DNA of 64,000 nt from Diplonema japonicum (Eukaryota > Protista > Euglenozoa: Diplonemea), in assembly GCA_964019335.1 (NCBI GenBank), contig OZ025650.1, positions 682,001 through 746,000 of the forward strand. The letters run 5' to 3'. This document shows, one piece after another, positions 1 to 11,061 of the stretch. The stretch's first letter is position 1; each line of letters opens with the position of its first letter. The notes below the pieces were generated by a model. That model made no database searches. It saw only the letters and a list, made by a program, of their open reading frames with translations, and was not told the origin of the DNA. Made by a program: the position numbers and the translations under genes.

Positions 1-2
1 AC

Positions 3-1340
3 CTCATCCAGGCCTATATCCTCCGCAACCGACAAGTGGGGTACTGCCAAGGCATGAACTACATAGCAGGTATCCTTGGGAGAATTATGCCTGTTGAGAA
101 GGCGTTCTGGTTGTTCACATATGTTGTGGAGGTCATTGTGCCTGACTACTACCGAGGCCTGCAGGGTGTCGTCGTGGATTTGAAGGTTTTGGAAGCCATG
201 CTGCAGCATCTCGAACCGGCTCTTTGGGAGCATCTGAATAAAGTTGGCCTGACATGCGGGCTGGCCTTCACACAGTACTTAGTCTGCCTGTTCAGCTTAG
301 GGATGCCCCCCGAAGCTGTTTTGCAACTGTGGCAGGTTATCTTCAAAGCATTGAACCCGAGGGTGAAGCTGCTCCGTTTGACGTGCAGTCTCATGAGGTT
401 GCTCAAGGCAGACCTGCTCTCTGCACCTGATCTAGACACTGCGATAGCAGTCTTTGCGGAGGGATCGTCTTCGCTGTACAACGCACAACGACTAGTCGAT
501 GTGTCCTCTGTGACGGAGGAGAGCCTCTCAGACGAGTGGATCATCTCACAAAGGGAAAGCTTCTCGACCTCTGTCAGGGAGTCACAGGCTCACATCGAAC
601 GGCTTGAGTTCATACAAAACGCGAAATTAACGCGGGTTCTGATCAAACAGGTGAAGGCAGCATGGGGGGGCGCTATGAACGACACCATTACACAGGCGCA
701 GCTTGAAAAGCTAATTGGGGACACAGGGATCACACCGGACATCAGTTCTGCGCTTGATTGGGGCGAGCGGGAGGTCACCTTCAGAGAAATGATTCTGACA
801 ATGGTCCTCCTTCAGGAAGGCTCGAAGGAGGAACTGCTGAAGACTGCCACTGATGTCATGGAAGATGGTGAAAACAGTGAAATCGGCGTCGCGAGGATAG
901 CGTCAGTTAGGAGTAGGGTCAGCTTGGCCCTGTCGGCATCAGGGGGGATGGATGAGAAAGATGAAGAAGAAAAGGAACAAGCTGAATTGCGATCCAAACG
1001 GCCTTACCTCATACCTGACACCGATGTCCTCACCTGCTATCTATGCGAGAGGGAGTTCAAGTGGTTCCGCCGACGCCACCACTGCCGTGCGTGCGGCAAT
1101 GTTGTCTGCAGTACTTGTTCCCCTACCAAAGCACCCATTCTCGTCTTAGGGTACCCAGCCCCTGTCAGAATATGCCGGTCGTGTGAAGTACATTTGCATG
1201 TTTCACCAGAAGAAGAAGAAGAAGAAGAAGAAGAAGACCCCTCTTCACCCAAGAATGATTTCACGTCTCCTTTTTCCGTCGACACCGATAGCGAGGTGCT
1301 TGAAGGCAACATCGAACCAGATTTAATATTGAAAGAATGA
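3..1340 (+). CDS. TBC (Rab-GAP) domain protein with C-terminal FYVE zinc finger; 5' end outside window
   Basis: Frame open from nt 3. LRNRQVGYCQGMNYIAG is the TBC YxQ signature, followed by EKAFWLF. The C-terminal CYLCEREFKWFRRRHHCRACGNVVCSTCS...VRICRSC is a FYVE motif. Confidence 0.88.
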   Translation, partial: LIQAYILRNRQVGYCQGMNYIAGILGRIMPVEKAFWLFTYVVEVIVPDYYRGLQGVVVDLKVLEAMLQHLEPALWEHLNKVGLTCGLAFTQYLVCLFSLGMPPEAVLQLWQVIFKALNPRVKLLRLTCSLMRLLKADLLSAPDLDTAIAVFAEGSSSLYNAQRLVDVSSVTEESLSDEWIISQRESFSTSVRESQAHIERLEFIQNAKLTRVLIKQVKAAWGGAMNDTITQAQLEKLIGDTGITPDISSALDWGEREVTFREMILTMVLLQEGSKEELLKTATDVMEDGENSEIGVARIASVRSRVSLALSASGGMDEKDEEEKEQAELRSKRPYLIPDTDVLTCYLCEREFKWFRRRHHCRACGNVVCSTCSPTKAPILVLGYPAPVRICRSCEVHLHVSPEEEEEEEEEDPSSPKNDFTSPFSVDTDSEVLEGNIEPDLILKE

Positions 1341-2028
1341 TTTTTTTTTTTCTTTTTTTTTTTCCATCCGACAATGGGAAGGTGAGAAAAAAAAAAAAAA
1401 AAGAAAGGGAGGGGTGAAAAAAAAGTGTCTTGGTTTTTTTTAAGTGTTTATTTTTTTTTTTTCCAGTTTTAATTTTATTTTTCGTGTGTGGTCTTTCCCT
1501 CTTTTTTTTTTCTCTTTGTTTTGGGTGAAATTTCTACCTTTTTTTTTTTCCCTCGTTTTTTTTCCCCCTTTCCTCTACTTTGCTATGTATCCTTGTTGCA
1601 ACCAGAGCTGAACCAGAGGGAGAAAAAAAAGAAAGTGTCAGTTGATAGCCCCCCGAGAGCCTACTGTGTAGGGAACCTATAAAAAAAAAGGAGGGGGGTA
1701 AGGGGAACCTGTTGTTGGGATGTACGCCTCGTTTGTGTATATATATTTTTTTTTTCGCACTCTGAATCATAAAAAAGAAAGAAATGGCAAAAACCCCTTT
1801 CTGGAAAACTTTTTTTTGAATAAGAGAGGGGAGGGGGGAGAGTGGAAGGGGGGGAGAGAAAAAAAATGTTTCATAAAAAAGAGAAGATAAAAAAAAAAAA
1901 CAAATCGTAACAACCATCTGTTTCCTCTTTCCTGTTTTTTCTTCTTCTTTCTTCTTCTTTTTCTTTTCTTTTCTTTCCCCTATTTTTATTCTCGAAGCGA
2001 ACAAAATAATAAGAAAAAAAAATAAAAA

Positions 2029-2307
2029 ATGTGCACCACGTACCAAGAGTTCAGCGACAAGCTCGACCGTCTGGATGCTGAGTTCAGCAAGAAGATGGAA
2101 GAGCAGAACAAGAAGTTCTTTGCTGACAAACCTGACGAGTCGACCCTTTCACCTGAGATGAAGGAGCACTACGACAAGTTCGAGAAAATGATCAAGGAGC
2201 ACACCGACAAGTTCAACAAGAAGATGAGGGACCACTCCGCCCACTTCAAGCAGAAGTTCCAGGAGCTCCTTGAGCAGCAGAAGAACGCCCAGTTCCCTGG
2301 TAAATAG
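2029..2307 (+). CDS. KMP11: kinetoplastid membrane protein 11
   Basis: 92 aa, MCTTYQEFSDKLDRLDAEFSKKMEEQNKKFFADKPDESTLSPEMKEHYDKFEKMIKEHTDKFNKKM...AQFPGK; matches the highly conserved euglenozoan KMP-11. Confidence 0.96.
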   Translation: MCTTYQEFSDKLDRLDAEFSKKMEEQNKKFFADKPDESTLSPEMKEHYDKFEKMIKEHTDKFNKKMRDHSAHFKQKFQELLEQQKNAQFPGK

Positions 2308-2470
2308 AAAAAAAAAACCCCCCCCATAGATTTTTTTTAGTTCCATTTTTTGTAATTTTTTATTACAAAACACAAAAAAAAAAAAAAAAAAAACCACAGT
2401 GTGTACTTTTCCCCTGTATCCCCTTATTACACTTTGTTAACGCGAGAGAGAAGAAGAAGAAGAAAAAAAA

Positions 2471-2813
2471 ATGGTTGCAATTGAGACTGGGTACATTAAC
2501 CATATCAAGGATTTGGAAAGCATGGAGTTAGGTGCAATGGACCAGGAAGACGGTTTGAAGCTCTGCAAAAGGGTGGAAGAGAAGGAAGTTTTGGACAGCC
2601 CGCTGGATGAGGTGTTGGAAAGGTTCCCGGGTTTTAGGGGAAATTTCCAGGCGTGTGACATTAGGTATGAGGAGAGAAGGGGGGAAATACGATACCTTCT
2701 TCAGGCGGCGGACGCAGCTCCGTCAGTGGTGGACCCAGCAAGACTCTCGGCTGAACCCCTTGATTAAAGCTTGTGCAGACTTGGGCAATTTTGATATAGT
2801 TCTCGAGCCTTGA
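2471..2813 (+). CDS. small hypothetical protein (~100 aa), probably one intron
   Basis: ATG follows an A-tract. A GTATGA...TTCAG intron at 2665-2704 (40 nt) joins the 2471 frame to the 2607..2813 frame. The unspliced alternative ends at 2767. Confidence 0.55.
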
Positions 2814-3800
2814 AAAAAAAAAAAGAAAGTGAAGAATTGTTAACATTTTTTTTTGTTTAGATTTATTGTAGCTTTTTTTTGTTTTGTTATGCTGTTCGCG
2901 CAAAAAAAACATTGCGTGAGCATCCTGGGGGAAAAAAAAAGAATTTCTTTTTTTATTTTATTATTGTTTTCATTTTAAATATTCTGGGGGGGGGGGGGGG
3001 GGGTGTTTGGTTACTTAAGTACGGTACCCCCCCCCCCCCCCTTTATGGCTTCCCTCTTTTTTTTCTCTCTCACCTGAAAAAAAAGGGGGGGCATAGGAGA
3101 AGAAGGCCAATGTTCCATTCTACCCCCCCTCCCCCCCATTGTTCCGAAATGTATTTGCGAGAAGAAAAAGGGAGAAGGCGAGAAGGAAAAAAAAAATGAA
3201 GAAGAAAATGCCAATTGCTGTGTTGTTTATTCAGTTAGCTTCCCCTCGTTTATTTCGTTGTTTCGTTTTTTTTTTATTTATTTCGTCTAGTGAATCCTTA
3301 CTTGAACATCGTGAGAAAAAAAAATGGATTTTTTTTGTTGTTCTAGTTTTCAATTTCCAATCCCCCCTCGCTCCTCTTCTTTTTTTTTTTTAAAAAAAAA
3401 AGCAATTGCGTTTGTACCACAATAAAAGAGAAAAAAAAGAAAACTGAAGAAAAGAAAATTAAAATAAATGAAGAGTAGCATGAATAGAATGAGGAAAAAA
3501 TTCTTATTACCCCAGTCCCTCCTTCCCCCCCCCCCCCCCACCTTATTTTGCAGTCATTCTGTACTAATGACTTAGCTTATTGTTAGAAAAAAAAAGGGAA
3601 AAAAAAAAAAAAAAAAAAACCTCTCTTTTCCCTTTCTCCCCTCCCTCTGTCTTCCTTTGAGACTCCCCATTGTCAACATTTTCTTTTCTTTCCGTATCTC
3701 CACCCATTATTTTTTGCACCGTGTTGTTCTTTGACCTATTAAAAAAAAAATAATAACACCACAGGGGGGACGGGGGGAGAAAAACAAAAACAAAAAAAAA

Positions 3801-5153
3801 ATGCCGATCCCAACCGAAACAGGGATGCACATAGTCCCCCCTCGTTTAGACATTCTCAATGAAGGCTACACACGGTGGGCCGTGAAGGGGAAGGCAGCGG
3901 GGTCACTACTAAGCCCGGAATTTTCAGTGAACCCAGACGACGAAATAGCAGAGCTGCTTGGAGGCGTAGAAATTCAAAATGAAAAAGACAGGGAGTTCAG
4001 TATGGATAGGAGCGGCCCTGTGTTGTCATCCTTCACAGGTGATCTAGGGGAAGGGGTGCATAAACCTGTTCCGGTCCCAGTGCAGCCGCATCAACAACAA
4101 CAACAACAGCAGCAGCCAGAGCAGCCACCACCGTCTGTTCCCACAGAGGGTGTTACCACACTAGATGCTCAGCTGGCGGAGCTGCGGAAATGGTCTGACA
4201 TCCTCCAGAAGCAAAGAACGGTTGTTGTGGAACAACAAGAAACGGTTTCAGAGAAGCTGCACGCCGTGTCGCGCAAGGAAGCGGAACTCGACAAGCTGCT
4301 CAACGACGCAAAACTGAAACATCCCACCAATGAAGACATACAATGGAGGGCCATGTCCCTGGATGCTAAGGAGAAGGATTTGCTGATAAGGGAGCTGAAC
4401 CTTCAGACGGCGTTGTCGGATATGGCCGCCAAAGAAGAAGCGGTGAACGTGAAGTCGGGTGTTGTAGAGCAGCGCGCGAAGGACGCACAAGAACTCTTTC
4501 AACTCCTGGAGGAAAAATCCCAGCAGATCAACGGAAAGATCGCCGAGCTACGGAAAAGAGAAGAAATGCTCGGAGGCCAAGAACGCCTGGCAACCATGAG
4601 GGAACATGACATCGTTTCAAAACGGGAGCAGATTGAAAGGTTTCAAACATTGATGGCAGAGAAAATCAACAAAATCGAAGAGACAAGAGTGGAGCTTGCA
4701 GCGTGGAACCGTGACCTTGAGCAGCGTGAAAGGTTGTTGGAACTCCGTGCGAATGACATGGAGGAGACAGAGAGGTCGTTGTCGGACCTCTCCCGAGAAG
4801 TCAAACATCAACAAAGAGGGTTGGAGTCTAAGATTTCGGTTCTCAGACATTTAGAAAGATCTGCAAAAATGCAAGAAACATCACCTTCTTTCGTGCGGAA
4901 CCAGAGTGTAGAGGACTCGTCGTATCAATCGATTTCGAGGAAGCTGAACCTTGACGAGAGTACGGACACTGCAGAGGCCTTCGCGCCCCTGCATGACGAA
5001 AGGGAGCACATTGTGAAGGAAGACCATCTCTCGCCAAACGGAGCTCCCGATGTTGGATCCCTCCCCCCTGCCCGCCCTGCTCCCATTGACGATCCTGCAG
5101 CCGAAGTACTGAATTCCACAAATGGTTCTACAAATGTTTACGATATTGATTAG
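3801..5153 (+). CDS. coiled-coil hypothetical protein
   Basis: 450-aa ORF with long E/K/Q/L heptad-rich segment and polyQ; ATG preceded by an A-tract. Confidence 0.8.
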   Translation: MPIPTETGMHIVPPRLDILNEGYTRWAVKGKAAGSLLSPEFSVNPDDEIAELLGGVEIQNEKDREFSMDRSGPVLSSFTGDLGEGVHKPVPVPVQPHQQQQQQQQPEQPPPSVPTEGVTTLDAQLAELRKWSDILQKQRTVVVEQQETVSEKLHAVSRKEAELDKLLNDAKLKHPTNEDIQWRAMSLDAKEKDLLIRELNLQTALSDMAAKEEAVNVKSGVVEQRAKDAQELFQLLEEKSQQINGKIAELRKREEMLGGQERLATMREHDIVSKREQIERFQTLMAEKINKIEETRVELAAWNRDLEQRERLLELRANDMEETERSLSDLSREVKHQQRGLESKISVLRHLERSAKMQETSPSFVRNQSVEDSSYQSISRKLNLDESTDTAEAFAPLHDEREHIVKEDHLSPNGAPDVGSLPPARPAPIDDPAAEVLNSTNGSTNVYDID

Positions 5154-5844
5154 AATTGAACTTTTTTTTTCCCCCCGGCGAAAAACCATCCTTGAACGAT
5201 GCGATTTTCTCGAAGGAATGAAAAAAAAAATAAAAATAAAAATAATTGTACATTTTTTTTTTAAACCTATAAAACGGGGGGGTTTTTTTTGAATAAAAAG
5301 GAATAAAATCACGCAAGGGTCCTTGTTGAATTATTGCTTTTCCTTAACACCTATTTTTCTCCCCCCCCCCCGTTTGCAGTATTTAGAAGAAAAGGGGGGA
5401 AAGGGAGAGAGATAGAGAGAGGGTTTTCCCTTTTTCCCTCCATTCCCGCCCCCCGTAAATCCCCCCTTGCCCCTTTAGATCGTTATTCTGTTTTCCCTCT
5501 TTTTCCCCCTACTCCACTCATTAGAAGCGGTTGGGAGGACGCCCTTGTCATGTAGCGTAGGTAAAACCATCGCAAAGGGCAAGTCCTCCTGATACTTAGA
5601 AATATATGTGTTGTGTTAAAAGAAAAGAGAATATGAAAATTGTGCCTAAGGTGTTTCCAATGAACCTTGGAACCTTCATCCATTTTTTCCCCGCCCCTTC
5701 TTCTTCTTCTTTTTTTCAGGCGTCCTGCCACATACCGCAGGTACCCTTAAATGTCTCTTTTTTTTTTTTTTTTCTTTTGATTAAAGGAAATGAGAAAACA
5801 AAACAATTTCCAGAGGGAGGGGAAAAAAAAAGGAAAAAAAAAAC

Positions 5845-7914
5845 ATGCAGGCCTCTGTATTCGAGCGTTTGAAAACAGAGTATCAACAATTGGAGACATC
5901 CAGAGGGAAGGATGTGTACAAAGTGGACTTAGTAGAAGAAAACTTATGTGTGTGGGAGGTGCGCATGAAGTTTCAGGAAGGTACCAACATACAAAAAGAG
6001 CTGGATCACTATGGTGACAAGGTCTTGGCGGATAAGACGAAAAAGTGTTTGGTACTGAGGTTGTATTTTCCCGGAGACTACCCTGTGGCGCCTCCTGAGG
6101 TGAGGGTTGTGGAACCAAGGTTGGATTACTTTTGTGAAGTGGTAACCTTTGGGGGTGTGTTTAAGACAGTGCTTATCGGGCACGATTGGACAGAGAACCT
6201 TACAGCCCGCGACATCGTGAAGGACATACATCTCAGGCTAGCAATGTGCGAGGTGAAAATCGCACCAGCTTCCCGTTTGCTACGCCCTTACCACCCCAAG
6301 CACCCTTCGCAGGACCCGAACGCCTTCCGGTCATCATCCTTCCCAACTGTGAACAACTTCAACATGCAATTCAAGGTGATCCCTGCGAAGGAGGCTGCGA
6401 ATACTTTCCACATCTCCGGGCTTGACGAGTCGGATCGCATCTGCCTGCCGACCTCTCTGATGCCCAACCTGTACCATGAGCACACGAAGCTCCCTATTAT
6501 CTTTGAAATCGCAACGCAAGAAGGACGTGTCCGGCACATGGGTATCTCTGACAAGCACAGCTTTGTGGAGTACCTCCCAGCCAACACCGTCATCGTCCCC
6601 GACTGGATCCACGCGGAGCTCCGCATTGCGCACAAGTCGATGGATGTCAACGTGCGCTGCGTGCAGCTGAAGGCCGTCGAGCAGCTTCTCCTTCAACCAC
6701 ACGATGCGTCCTTCTACAAGGACATGGAGGCATGCTCGGGGATCGGCAACACACAAGCTGTTCTGAACCAAGCGATGAAGGACTCCAAGCTCACTGCGTT
6801 GACTGTGAACTCCGCTGTGAAGATTGAAGTCCCGAAGCCTGGAGGTGCGGTGTCTCATATGCTTGAAATCTTACACGTGTACCCACCCGGTGCGGGGAGG
6901 CTCATCTCGTCTGCCGCAGAGGACCAATGGGAGGTTAGCTTCAAAGTGGAATTCGCCCCTGCTCCTGATTTTGAAGACGAAGACGACTACAAAAAGAGAA
7001 TGAACGAAATCGAGACCAGAATGCTGACAAAGGAAAGAGCGAAGGCGCAGATCGCGTCGCAAACGGAGAACGCGCGTCGGGAGGAACTCATGAACACGGT
7101 GATGATGCAGCGGTGCGAGCTTGAGGACGAGATGCCGTCGGTGGGGAAACGAGGGGAGGTGGATGTGAAACTAACGCTTCCTGATGGGACGCAGATGGAC
7201 GGGAAGTTCAAGGAAGGTGCCAAGGTGTCCAGCATCACAGCCTTCATCATGATAAACGCCGACTGGGTGCTGAACGAGACAGTCGAGAGATCGACCATCA
7301 CACTGTCCACTGCATTCCCTAAGAAACAACTCTCTGTCGATGAGACGATTACCACCAAGGACCTTCACCGGCAACGAGTCATGGTTTCCCGCACTTCCGA
7401 CTCTGCACTAACCTCCGCTCCAGAACAGGCAGAACCCGTAGCACCGCAGTCGCCACAATCCCCAGAAACCATCACACGGTCGAACACAGGACGTCTGGAA
7501 GCAGCCTGGGAAAATGCTACTCAACAACAAAAAATTCGTCGGACAATGCGGTCCGAGGAGGCTTCTTTCAACCCTGCAGAGCATATAGACGACATGGTAC
7601 GCATAAAAGGGTGACGAGGGGAGGGAGGGGGACAAAATAATGGAATTAATTACGATTAAATTAAATACACACAGCCCCCCGCAGCAGCACCAACCCCTGA
7701 CACCCAGAGTGTTGCACAGGGAGACTTCGCCACCCAACCTACCCCGGAAGAAATGACTATAAGGGTATGAAAGGAGAACAATGAAGAAAATAAAAAGGTT
7801 CAAACGGTGTCGGAGATCACCGGAAACAGCGACCCTGAAATGATTCAAAATATTCTTGAGGCCTGTAGTTGGGATGTTGAAAGGGCAGTGTCCTTGTTAG
7901 TTGGTGGCTTGTAG
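5845..7914 (+). CDS. multidomain UBC-like (UBE2Q-type, catalytic Cys absent) - UFD1-like - UBX - UBA-like protein, 652 aa
   Basis: Exons 5845-7596, 7675-7764, 7798-7914 (introns 7597-7674, 7765-7797). UBC: ENLCVWEV...FPGDYPVAPPEVRVVEP...GGVFK. UFD1: DRICLPTSL...LPIIFEI...HMGI...VPDWI...LQPHDASF...VEFAPAPDF. UBX: VKLTLPDGTQMDGKF...LSTAFPKK. UBA-like: EITGNSDPEMIQNILEACSWDVERAV. Confidence 0.8.
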
Positions 7915-8760
7915 AGGGGGAAGAGGAGAATAAAAAAAAAGAAAACAAAAACAGAATTAAAGAGAGAAAAAAAAACATATGAAAGCTGTCTCGTCTCCCT
8001 CCCCCCTATTTCCCCTTTTCTTTGTGATGTGTGACGCTAAAATGGTTTGCGGGTTTCCTAGGACTCCCCCCCCCTTTTTTTTTTTACAATTCTTTACATT
8101 CCTTCAGCCTACACAACTAGCCTTTTGGATTAGGAGAAGCAAAAAAAAAAAAAAAAAAGAGAGAAACAAAAAAAGAAAAAAAAGAGGAGGGGAAGCGGAA
8201 AGTGACGATGAATGTGTAAAAAAACCATAACAAAGACGCAGGTATCTAAATAGGAATTCTAGAATCTTAAAATACATGGGCCTAGGGGGATAACACTTCA
8301 AGAAGCACCCAGATTAATCCATTTTTGTGCAGACTGCATCTTCCAAAGTTCCATTTAGCGATTACACGCACAGTGTTGGGGATTGTCTAAACATAAAAAA
8401 GGGGTAGAGCGTTGGCAACGTGCGTTCGGGTTTAAAGCTTCTCTAGGTTTCTACCCCCGGCTCAGTTCCTCTTTTTTTTAAAGTTTTTTTATTTTATCCC
8501 CCCCCCCCATTTCTTGTTCTATTTTTTTGTTGTTGAGGGTTTTTCTCTAGTTTTTCTTTTTTTAAAAAAAAGAATTTGATGACAAAATGAATCAGATTTT
8601 TTTCTCTTTTTTTTTTCCCCATCTTAGTTGTGTTTATACGACCCTATCCCCCATCTCATAAAACGGTGCATTAAAAATCACGCATAAACGCATAATTTTT
8701 ACAAACGAAAACAAAAACAAAAACAAAAGGGAACCAAAAAAAAAAAAAAAAAAAAAAGAA

Positions 8761-9978
8761 ATGCCTTCCGACCCTGATTCTGCTCCACCACAAATATCGA
8801 AAACAGATGAATTCCTAATAACAACTGCCCTGGACAAATCGGAGTTGAAAGTCAAGAGCAGTGATGGGAAGACATTCTACGTGAGCCCTGTGAACCAAGT
8901 CACAGGGGGCAGCGTGTCCGTTCAAGGGGCTTGGGACGTTGCAACCAAGAGAGCTAAAGAGGAGGCTGAGATACTATGCGAAATCGACGAACTAGAAAGC
9001 ACAATGCAACAATTAACCGATCAAATCGAGACCCTCAGAGAGCCCATTCTATCCGAAGCCATGGCAGTGAAGGCCCTGCAGCGACGTGTAGCTACTGACG
9101 AGGTAAAGCTCAAACGGCTGGAAACCGACAACGACAACGAAAAAGAACTTCGTTTAATCGCCTCGCAAAACTTAGAAGCAAAGGTAAAGGAACTACAAGC
9201 GGTCATCAACCTAGAACAAGCCGAGCGGAAGGAGCAAGAAGACAAGCTCGGCAAAGCAGCAGAGGAAGGCCAACAACTACGCAGGGAGATCGAGGACGAA
9301 AAGAGAAAAGTGGAATGGACAAAAATAGAGTTCCGCAAGGCGGAAAAAAAACAAGAAGACGTCCTGCAAGAACAAAAAAAACTCAGACAACAAGCGAGAC
9401 ACAGCGAGGAGCTGTATGATGAGATCGCTGCGACGAACAATGATTTACGAGCGCAGCAGAAAACACTTAAAACAGCTTGTTTGGAGTTGAGATCGGAGCT
9501 GCTGAAGGTGAAGAAGAATATACAAAACGCGCAATTGACGTTATCGTCGAAAGGAGACCACTCCGAGATACGAAGGGAGTATGGGGAGAAGCTTAAGATC
9601 TGGAACGACCTTGAGCTTCCCGCAAAACTGCGTGAGGACATCACCTTCATGGAGAGGGAGAACACTAACCTCAGACGGAACCTCAAGATAGCAGAGGGCG
9701 AGGAAAAGGCCCTTGCCTCCTCTGCCAAGATGCTGATCGACTCCACCCACCGTGCTCAAGTCACCGAAGCCATGCTCCGCAAAGAGAATGAACAGCTCGA
9801 GCTGGCCATCCAAACCTTAGCCAACGACGCCGCAGCACTCCTTGCAGAGGAAGACACCTGGTCCACAGACTCCGAAGAACCTGATGAAGAAGTCGACTAC
9901 GACAGCTATCAAACCCATGCTACACCAGCCGATCCTGCATATCTGAACTCGCTGAGGCAGTTCATGTCAGCTGTGTGA
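8761..9978 (+). CDS. coiled-coil hypothetical protein
   Basis: 405-aa ORF dominated by heptad repeats; ATG after an A-tract. Confidence 0.8.
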   Translation: MPSDPDSAPPQISKTDEFLITTALDKSELKVKSSDGKTFYVSPVNQVTGGSVSVQGAWDVATKRAKEEAEILCEIDELESTMQQLTDQIETLREPILSEAMAVKALQRRVATDEVKLKRLETDNDNEKELRLIASQNLEAKVKELQAVINLEQAERKEQEDKLGKAAEEGQQLRREIEDEKRKVEWTKIEFRKAEKKQEDVLQEQKKLRQQARHSEELYDEIAATNNDLRAQQKTLKTACLELRSELLKVKKNIQNAQLTLSSKGDHSEIRREYGEKLKIWNDLELPAKLREDITFMERENTNLRRNLKIAEGEEKALASSAKMLIDSTHRAQVTEAMLRKENEQLELAIQTLANDAAALLAEEDTWSTDSEEPDEEVDYDSYQTHATPADPAYLNSLRQFMSAV

Positions 9979-10236
9979 CAGAAATGCCCCCCATTATGGT
10001 AGGCACGCCGTTCGTTTCCTATCGCAGTGAATTTTTACTTGTTTTATAAAAAAATGTTGATAACGAGATGTGTAGAGAAAGTTTTTTTTTTTTTTTTTTT
10101 TTTATAGAACGTGTGTCTTTTTTTTTTTTTTTTTCTTTTTTTTTTTTTTCAATTTTTTTTTTCTTACGGTTTTATTGAGAAAAAAGAAAAGGAAAGGAAG
10201 GAGGGGGGTAACAAGAAGAAAAAAAAGGGGGAAACC

Positions 10237-11061
10237 ATGACGACGAAGGGTGTGGTGAAGGTCTGGAATGTGGCGAAGGGGTACGGGTTCTTGAAAGCAG
10301 AGGACGGGACAGAGGCGTTTGTTCACTTTTCGACGCTGCCCGGCCCGGGTTTGGTGGAGGGCGAGGAGGTCGTTTTCGACATCAAAGAGGAAGGTGTCTC
10401 CTCGAAGGGGAACAAGAAAAAGGTCGCGCTGAACATATCGGGTGCCGGTGTGCTATCTGAGCAGAGCGGGACGGGACCCTTCTCTGGGACGGTGAAGCTA
10501 TGGGTCTCAGGGAGGTCGATGGGGATTATCTTATCGAACGAGGGAGAAGAGATCCATGTCCACTCCTCCGCCTTCGGGGGAGGATCCTTGGCTGTGGGGA
10601 AACCTGTCACGTTTGATGTCCGAAAGGAAGTCCACATCAAGTCCAAAAAGAAGATTGCATCAAACGTCCAGGGGGAAGGTGTTGTCAAAATCGGCCAACA
10701 CCAGGGCACCATCAAGGCTTGGATCGGCGGCAAGGGCTACGGTTTCGCAGAACTTGAAGACGGAACAGAAGTCTACATCCACCGGTCAGAACTATCAGAT
10801 GGGCACTGCCTCTCCGGCAAGACGGTGTACTTCGATATTGAAATACAGGAACACGCATCTGGCCGAAAGCTCGCCAAAAACGTAACCGGTCCCGGTGTGC
10901 GCCCAGGCTCTGCTGTTGTCCTTGGAAAAGGTTTCAAAGGAGGCAACAAAGGTGGTCACAAAGGAGGACAGAAAGGCGGGAAAGGCTCAAAGGGCGCCCG
11001 AAAAGGCGGGAAAGGCTCGAAGTCCGGTAAAAAAAGCAAGAAGCCCGATGCTACAAAGTAA
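10237..11061 (+). CDS. triple cold-shock-domain protein with Gly/Lys-rich tail (paralog 1, intronless)
   Basis: ATG at 10237 (MTTKGVVKVWNVAKGYGFL...AFVHFS). Three CSDs with RNP1/RNP2-like motifs; GGKG repeats at the C-terminus. Confidence 0.9.
   Translation: MTTKGVVKVWNVAKGYGFLKAEDGTEAFVHFSTLPGPGLVEGEEVVFDIKEEGVSSKGNKKKVALNISGAGVLSEQSGTGPFSGTVKLWVSGRSMGIILSNEGEEIHVHSSAFGGGSLAVGKPVTFDVRKEVHIKSKKKIASNVQGEGVVKIGQHQGTIKAWIGGKGYGFAELEDGTEVYIHRSELSDGHCLSGKTVYFDIEIQEHASGRKLAKNVTGPGVRPGSAVVLGKGFKGGNKGGHKGGQKGGKGSKGARKGGKGSKSGKKSKKPDATK

Noticed and set aside
1488-2046. Many ORF-track entries rich in poly-F/K/P/G in spacers (here and throughout)
   Set aside because: They are translations of homopolymer tracts with no coding signal.
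10111-10236. Upstream in-frame extensions of CSD1 and other genes (20959, 29899, 31295, 43913, 49304)
   Set aside because: Low-complexity UTR sequence; homology begins at downstream ATGs.
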